From positions 4,960,001 through 5,024,000 of the forward strand of contig OX597834.1 in the NCBI GenBank assembly GCA_951406725.2: 64,000 bases of DNA. The letters run 5' to 3'. A program made the translations under genes and the position numbers. Below the pieces are notes generated by a model. It searched no databases. It was given only the letters and a program-made list of their open reading frames with translations, and was not told the origin of the DNA. This document shows, one piece after another, positions 57,136 through 64,000 of this stretch (within the stretch, counting starts at the first letter, position 1; every line of letters starts with the position of its first letter). This DNA comes from Octopus vulgaris (Eukaryota).

Positions 57136-57547
57136 TATGTAGTACGGAATTACCTTCTCCGTTCCCTACACCTATTAATTTAAATCTCGTAATAGAAACC
57201 TTCGTTGTTAAACGGTGAAAAGTATATTTGCTGTCACCTTATAGAAATTGTGTGTGTGTTTGTATGTGTGTGCGTGCGTATGTGTGTGTGTGTGTGTGTG
57301 CATGCGTGAGTTTACTATGAATGCGTGTACGTATATCTTCAAACACACATGTAACTGTACCTCATGAACAGATCTAAGCTGAATATGTTACACTATTTTT
57401 GACATAAACCAGGTCCAGATTGGCTTTGAAACATATGTAGTACGAAATTACCCTCTCCGTTCCCTACACCTATTAATCTAAATCTCATAATAGAAACTTT
57501 CGTTGTTAAACGGTGAATAGCATAGTTGCTGTCACCTTATAGAAATT
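57136..57547 (+). repeat. ~114-bp direct repeat pair (tandem pLTR-like relic) with decayed hammerhead
   Basis: 57136-57249 vs 57434-57547; gtac-CTCATGA...GAAA-CATATG-TA-gtac at 57357-57443. Confidence 0.7.
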
Positions 57548-57854
57548 TACATCGAAATCGATATACAACGAAGTGTATAACATACGCCGTGTAATAAATG
57601 TTTTGATCAAATATCATTCACTTCATGTCAACCATACCAGCAGTGTACATACATGATACGAAGTAACTGCCTATATCAAGATTGTTTTTTGATCTGACTA
57701 CTTAATATATGTGTATAATATATATCAAATCCACTTACAAGGTTTTAGTTGGCCCGGGGCTATATTAGAAGACACTTGTCAAAACCAAAACCATGTGTTT
57801 GGGAAGCAACCTTCTTACCACACAGCCATCTCTTATATAAATAAATACATATAT

Positions 57855-58199
57855 TGGCGCATGTGTGGCTGTGTGCTAAGTCGTTTGCTTACTAATCACA
57901 TGGTTCTGTGTTCAGTCTCACTGCGTGACACCTTGGGCAAGTAACTTCTGCTATAGCCTCGGGCAAACCATTCTTTGAATGGATTTAGTATACGGAAACT
58001 GAAAGAAACCCGTCATATATATATATATCTATATATATATATGTGTGTGCATTTATGTCCCCATAAACTAGCGGTTCGGCAAAAGAAACTGATAAATTAA
58101 GTACTAGGCTTACAAAGTATAAGCCCTGGGTTCGATTTGCTCAACTAAAGACGGTGAACTAGCATGGCCGCAGTTAAATGACTGAAACAAGTAAAAGAA
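57855..58199 (+). mobile_element. Diverged CORE-like SINE (a partial minus-strand copy lies head-to-head at 57725-57830)
   Basis: Family match with deletions. Confidence 0.75.
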
Positions 58200-59240
58200 T
58201 ATATACACAAACACACACCTATATGTGTTTATGTATATTATACACAGATACGCACACACATATACGCATGCACATACTATAGCCTATAAAGAAGTAAGGA
58301 TATGCAAATATATTATAAAGAGATGGAATTCTTAGCAGAACAGGTAAATGGCTTAGCAGCATTCCTTTCGTTTGTCTACGTTTTGAGTTCAGATTCCTCC
58401 GAAACCGACTTTGCTTTCCTTCCTGTCATTGACTAGAAATTAAAGCATCTGTCGAGAACTTTGGTCGATGTCATCGACTGTACTCAACCCCTGAACATTG
58501 CTGACCTTGAGCCAGCAATTAGAAAGAATATTTGAATGAGAATGTATAACCAACGTATATTAACCTTTATTGTGCAAATAGGTCCGTGATTATACGGGTC
58601 GGTTACCTTTACAGAAATGAACCGAAAGAGTGTTGGTAAGTTAAGTTCATAAAATGAACTGCATATATTACATTCCAACCTTATCAATTATACGTTAGTC
58701 TCACCGTATCAACAGCCACTATGGTTCAACAGCCAGATACACATACACACACACACACACACACACTCTCTCTCTCTCTCTTGGACGGCTCAGTGAATGG
58801 CCCCTGTGTATATTGGGACTCTCTTTACAAGTCGACCCATTTAAATCAGTTTATCAAATATGTATACACATTTGGCAATGAATATATACGTAAAGATCTG
58901 GTGAAGAGAAAATACGAAAGAAATTATGAGAGTTTCGGACCTAATTTCGTGATTTGTATGAACTGAAAAAATGGAAAAGAATATATTTGCCTGTGGATCA
59001 TATATTTATGGTCACAGCAAATTTTTATATATTTAAATGCATACATTGATACATATACAGACTTCACCCCTACTCACAGGCACCTCTGTACATCCGCACA
59101 TTCGCACACACACAGAGGAACACACACAAGCACATCCGCGCATAGATTCTTAATGGTTTGTAACTATAAATGTGTGTGTTTGTATGTATACACACACACG
59201 CACACACATATATGTATATGTAAATATATTTGTGTATATG

Positions 59241-59274
<34 letters not shown>

Positions 59275-59884
59275 CTTATGCATGTATATGTATATATGTA
59301 CGCATACTTGTATGTGTGTACGAATGTATATGTGTGTGTGTGTGAGTGTGTTGCTTAGTATTTCTACTTGTATTTCAGTAAAGCTGTTTAGCACATTAGT
59401 TCCTATTGCTGTAGGCTATATATGCTCATTGTGTTCTTTGGTAGAAATCTTCAAAAGAGCATAAATTCTTGTCGTCGTGTTTTGAGATACATCCATTCAT
59501 AATTTATAGATTTGAGCAGAGAATAGAACAAACTTTGCTGAAACACTTTGCTGGAGATTGCCTATGAACAAAGAGAATTGATTTGAGTATGAGCTATAAA
59601 GACATGCTGCTGGTCGCTCTTGGTGATTTCTCGTCGTTCATTTTCCCTAAATTTATATAAATGATCTTCACCATAAATGTGACCCACTCGTTTTTGTATC
59701 TTTCGTTCCTTTTGGAAAGGAGATAAGGTAGTACAATTGTTGTGCTGTTGAGGGATCTTATGGCCTAAACAACTGTTCCCAACTGTCCTCTTATCGCCAG
59801 TGACTACGTCTGACATTTTCCTTAGTGACATGTCCACTTAGAAGATGCACTTCTTATCTGTTGTTGTTCTAACTTGCAATTTGG

Positions 59885-61540
59885 TTCAAACCAGGAAGCC
59901 ATCGACTTCCCCCTCTACCAAATTCAGAGCTGAAAACAAAGTCGTTCTGCTTGAACGCATACAGGCTTTAGAAGATACAAGCAAAGAGGTAAAGACAGCG
60001 TTTGCTACTATAAACACTGCTTCTACCACTGCCGCCATCATTACTGCCCCCACCATGACAACCAACACGAACACACAAAGCAATTTTGCCGCAGCTTTAA
60101 AGCTGAAGAAACGAATCATGGCCATTTCGAAAATCGAACAACTTGCTTGTAAAGTCAATATTTAAGAAAATATGAACACATCATACAACTGCAAACACCA
60201 CAAAGAAATTAACAAAAAACAATTATTTACAAGAAACTCAACCTAAAAACAAAATTTTACGAAACTGCCACACAAGAAACAGTAGAAAAATGTTTAAGGC
60301 CTATATGGGCCTTTACAGACTACATCACCAGGGGAAAAAATTCCCACGATCGAAGTTAGATTCAACAGTGAAGAACGAGCCAAGGGCTTCTCTTCAAAGT
60401 CTTTTGAATACGAGAACTTAATGAGGATTATTACATATCTTGGTCGTAGGGTCACAAAAAAAAAAAGTCAAAGATGTCACCTCGCTGAGATAAAAATAAA
60501 ATGGCTTGTGTCTGCTATTTGCTACGATATCGAGGAGGCAATCCATATCTCGGGATTGGCTCTCCTGGACCAGCAAAATTGGTTTGGTCAAGGAATGGAA
60601 ATCTTTGCTGAAATTGATCCAATCACCATGGAAAGAATTCCACATCAAATCAAACTAGCAGACGATTCGAATTTGCATGTGGCCGTCGAAGACAGAAGGC
60701 CACGTTGCTACGTTTGTGGTAGCAAATCACACCTGAAAATTAATTGCCCTCTAGCACAGAAACAATAACAGCAACAACACCGACAGCTACAAGATCAAAA
60801 ACAGCAAAAACAACCACAAAAACCAAGTAAAGAACCAGCACTGCTACCCACACCGCCATATGCACAATTGATAAAACAGCTCGACAAACAAATGAAGGAA
60901 CATCAGCAACCAACAAGCCAGTCTAACCAAACAACAGCACCATCAGCGCCACAGAAAAAACAGAAAAAACATCACCACCACCACCAACAACAACAACAAC
61001 AACTCCAAAGGAAAAAGAGAAAACTAAAAGGACTCATACACCACATCCCAATTGTCACCAACCAGCACCAGCACCAGCAAAATAATCAGCACACTCAGAA
61101 ATAGACACCAATACACTTCCCCTCCCTCTTCTGATTCCTCCGACATGTCGTCAGATGAAGACGACAGAGGGGATTGGCAAGTGGCCACAGGGAGAAGGAG
61201 AAAAAGGGGGGAAAGAAAAAGACAAGCAAACAAAGCAGAGAGGTTTACCACTCCCGAAACCCGCAGAAAACAAACGAAAAAAGACAGAGAGAGCACTTTG
61301 CTCTCCTGTGCTGTTTCCCTCCCTACCTGAGGTTACCGCGGTCTTTTACGTAGGCTTTTCTTTCCACTGATAAACCTAATCTGGTTTCTATATTTTTCAT
61401 CTTTTCTGTGATCGCTTTTTTTTTTGTTTTCACGAAGCCCTTTGATCGGAAATTTATTTTCTCCCACCTTTTTTTACTATTTTCTCCTGTTTCTTTCGAA
61501 AAGCTGTGGTCTACTCTGTGTGACTAAAATAGAAACGTAT
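59885..61540 (+). mobile_element. Degenerate L1/Tx1-like ORF1 (gag-like) element lacking ORF2
   Basis: NFAAALK motif, RRM-like region (IEVRFNSEERAK...YLGRRVTK), knuckle CYVCGSKSHLKINC, Q/K-rich tail, WQVATGRRRKR; then T-rich UTR and (TCTA)n. Confidence 0.7.
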
Positions 61541-61547
61541 CCATCCG

Positions 61548-61931
<384 letters not shown>

Positions 61932-62029
61932 ATTCAATCTATCTATCTATATATCTATTTGCCTACCTACCTACCTACCTACCTACCTACCTACCTACCT
62001 ACCTACCTATCTTTCTATCTATATACCTA

Positions 62030-62243
62030 CAACGGGCTAAACACAGAGAGGATAAACAAGGACAGACAAACGGATTAAGTCAATTATATCGACCCCAGTG
62101 TGTAACTGGTACTTATTTAATCGACCCCGAAAGGATGAAAGGCAAAGTCGACCTTGGCGAAATTTGAACCTAGAACGTAATGGCAGACGAAATAGCGCTA
62201 AGCATTTCGCCTGGCGTGCTAACGATTCTGCCAGCTCGCCGCC
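62030..62243 (-). mobile_element. Meta-domain SINE, tail type B, within (TCTA)/(TACC) tracts
   Basis: Reverse-complement family match. Confidence 0.82.
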
Positions 62244-62275
62244 TCATCTACCTATCTACCTACCTACCAACCTAC

Positions 62276-62373
<98 letters not shown>

Positions 62374-62680
62374 GTCTTACAGTATAGTATCACTTTATAT
62401 ATATCATAGATGTAATGAGAGTAATTTTTAAATTATTAGGCGTCACGAAAGAATTCTATTAATAGCATTTCATAGATTTATATGATGCGTGAATTATATG
62501 TTTTCCAATTCATGATATCCTATTGAAGACATATAGATATTTTCATAACACATTTTGGTAATACTGGTTTATAAAACCCAAATTTTATGTATGCATACAG
62601 GGAATTTTATTTCAGTTTCACAAGTTTAATGTATGCGTGCTTTAATACGAAAACGAAGAAACTGAAGTAATTTTGATGCA

Positions 62681-62718
<38 letters not shown>

Positions 62719-62916
62719 CATAGGATGTAAATCCCTGTCACTAGAAATGAATCCATCTTATTATTTCATTTATTTATTTCTTTGCTAACATTTTATGGGA
62801 TGAAATTGCCATCGCTATGACGTCAATATAATGTAGGCATTCATATACACTCAGATGTGTGCTTGTATGTATACCTATATACATACATATATTCATACAT
62901 ACATGCATATAAACAT

Positions 62917-62970
<54 letters not shown>

Positions 62971-62973
<3 letters not shown>

Positions 62974-63142
62974 AGAGTTTAAGAGAAAGACAAAAGACGA
63001 AGACAGGTGGTGTATAAAACAAACAGAAGTATTAGTATACCGCTCAGGAATAGAAAACGTATTTTACGTTTCGAGCCTACGCTCTTCTACAGAAAGGGAC
63101 ACAGAAAAGAAAGGAGAGAAAAAATGTGTGTAGTGGCTAACG

Positions 63143-63143
<1 letters not shown>
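62971..63143 (-). mobile_element. Family B hammerhead repeat (motif 63062-63095)
   Basis: ttt-CTGTAGA-a-GAGC gtag GCTC-GAAA-cg-TA-aaa; (TA)n on both sides. Confidence 0.7.
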
Positions 63144-63174
<31 letters not shown>

Positions 63175-63880
63175 ATATATTATATAATATAAATAGAGTT
63201 AGCACTTGTAGTAACCGGCTAAGGCATAAAATATCCGTGGGTACTATCAGTATCTGTTCCCAGTCTAATCCCTGGGAATGGCGTGCAGGGACACCATGTA
63301 CGTCGGGCGGAGGTGACAATAAGATAAACAAAAGTTGATCAGGAACCAATGCAAATGATTAGAAAATGGAGAAAAACCTAGATTAACCTGTACATCGAAA
63401 GGACCACATTTAATAATTACAAAGCAAGACACAACAAAGCGAACAGCCATTTCTGATCAAAATTCCCAGAATGCAGTCTATACATAAATGCGAAAATAAA
63501 ATTCTTCATCTTCATAGGGCGTTCGAATTAAGGAAACCGATCTTCATCAGGGCACACAATATAAACAAAAGGAGAGAAGGAAGAGGTAAGAAAACATGGT
63601 TTAGACAAATAGTCTAAAGCCCAATATGTTAAGTGCACATAATTATTTACCATCCAAGCTCAAAGAATGTAGATAAGAGAAATATATATATATATTGTTG
63701 TCCTTAATTGCTAAATTTTTATTCCGAAAAAACTTTTCCTCTCCCGAAATGCAATTCGTAAAAGTTTGCCATTTGACCGATTGTAATATATGTAAACTCA
63801 CCCATGTGCTTCGTTGATGTTGAACAGTTAGCTGATCGACTTAAGCGGGGCAGGGTCGTTGTTTATTTATAATGCATTCT

Positions 63881-63926
63881 GGCCTGCTGATGAGTACGTA
63901 AGTATGAAATCACTGTGATACAGGTC
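63881..63926 (+). ncRNA. Type I hammerhead ribozyme motif in a pLTR-like element (63695 to beyond 64000)
   Basis: ggcctg-CTGATGA-GTAC gtaa GTAT-GAAA-TCAC t GTGA-TA-caggtc: 6-bp stem I, intact core, near-palindromic stem III, predicted cleavage after 63920. Confidence 0.8.
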
Positions 63927-64000
63927 TATATTTTTTTAAATGTCTTACTTTGAAAAAATTGCATTCGGTGGGATTAGTAATATTTTTGGTAGAAATGACT

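Noticed and set aside
63436-63556. Minus-strand CTGATGA-a-GATC...GATC-a-GAAA, and a similar partial motif at 55105-55140
   Set aside because: Stem I pairing not found; left out of the hammerhead count.

Overview
AT-rich, microsatellite-dense eukaryotic DNA. The SINE families and repeat style point to an octopus (coleoid cephalopod); this is an inference. I can support no intact host gene: the window reads as intronic or intergenic, and nearly all listed ORFs are (TA)n/(CA)n artefacts or SINE read-through. The window is a transposon graveyard. It holds Penelope-like elements (GIY-YIG and RT fragments, many pseudo-LTR pieces), two Tc1/mariner relics (one DD41D), fragments of CR1, RTE, CRE, R4/Dong and Tx1-like LINEs, three modular tRNA-derived SINE superfamilies, a MITE and Helitron-like pieces. 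The strongest unexplained signal is about 14 hammerhead-ribozyme-like motifs from at least 8 sequence families. They sit on short non-coding elements mostly inserted in (TA)n tracts and are often folded into long palindromes. Also notable are a SINE trimer inside a single target-site duplication, and SINE tails that match LINE 3' ends present in the same window. All alignments and folds were done by eye.
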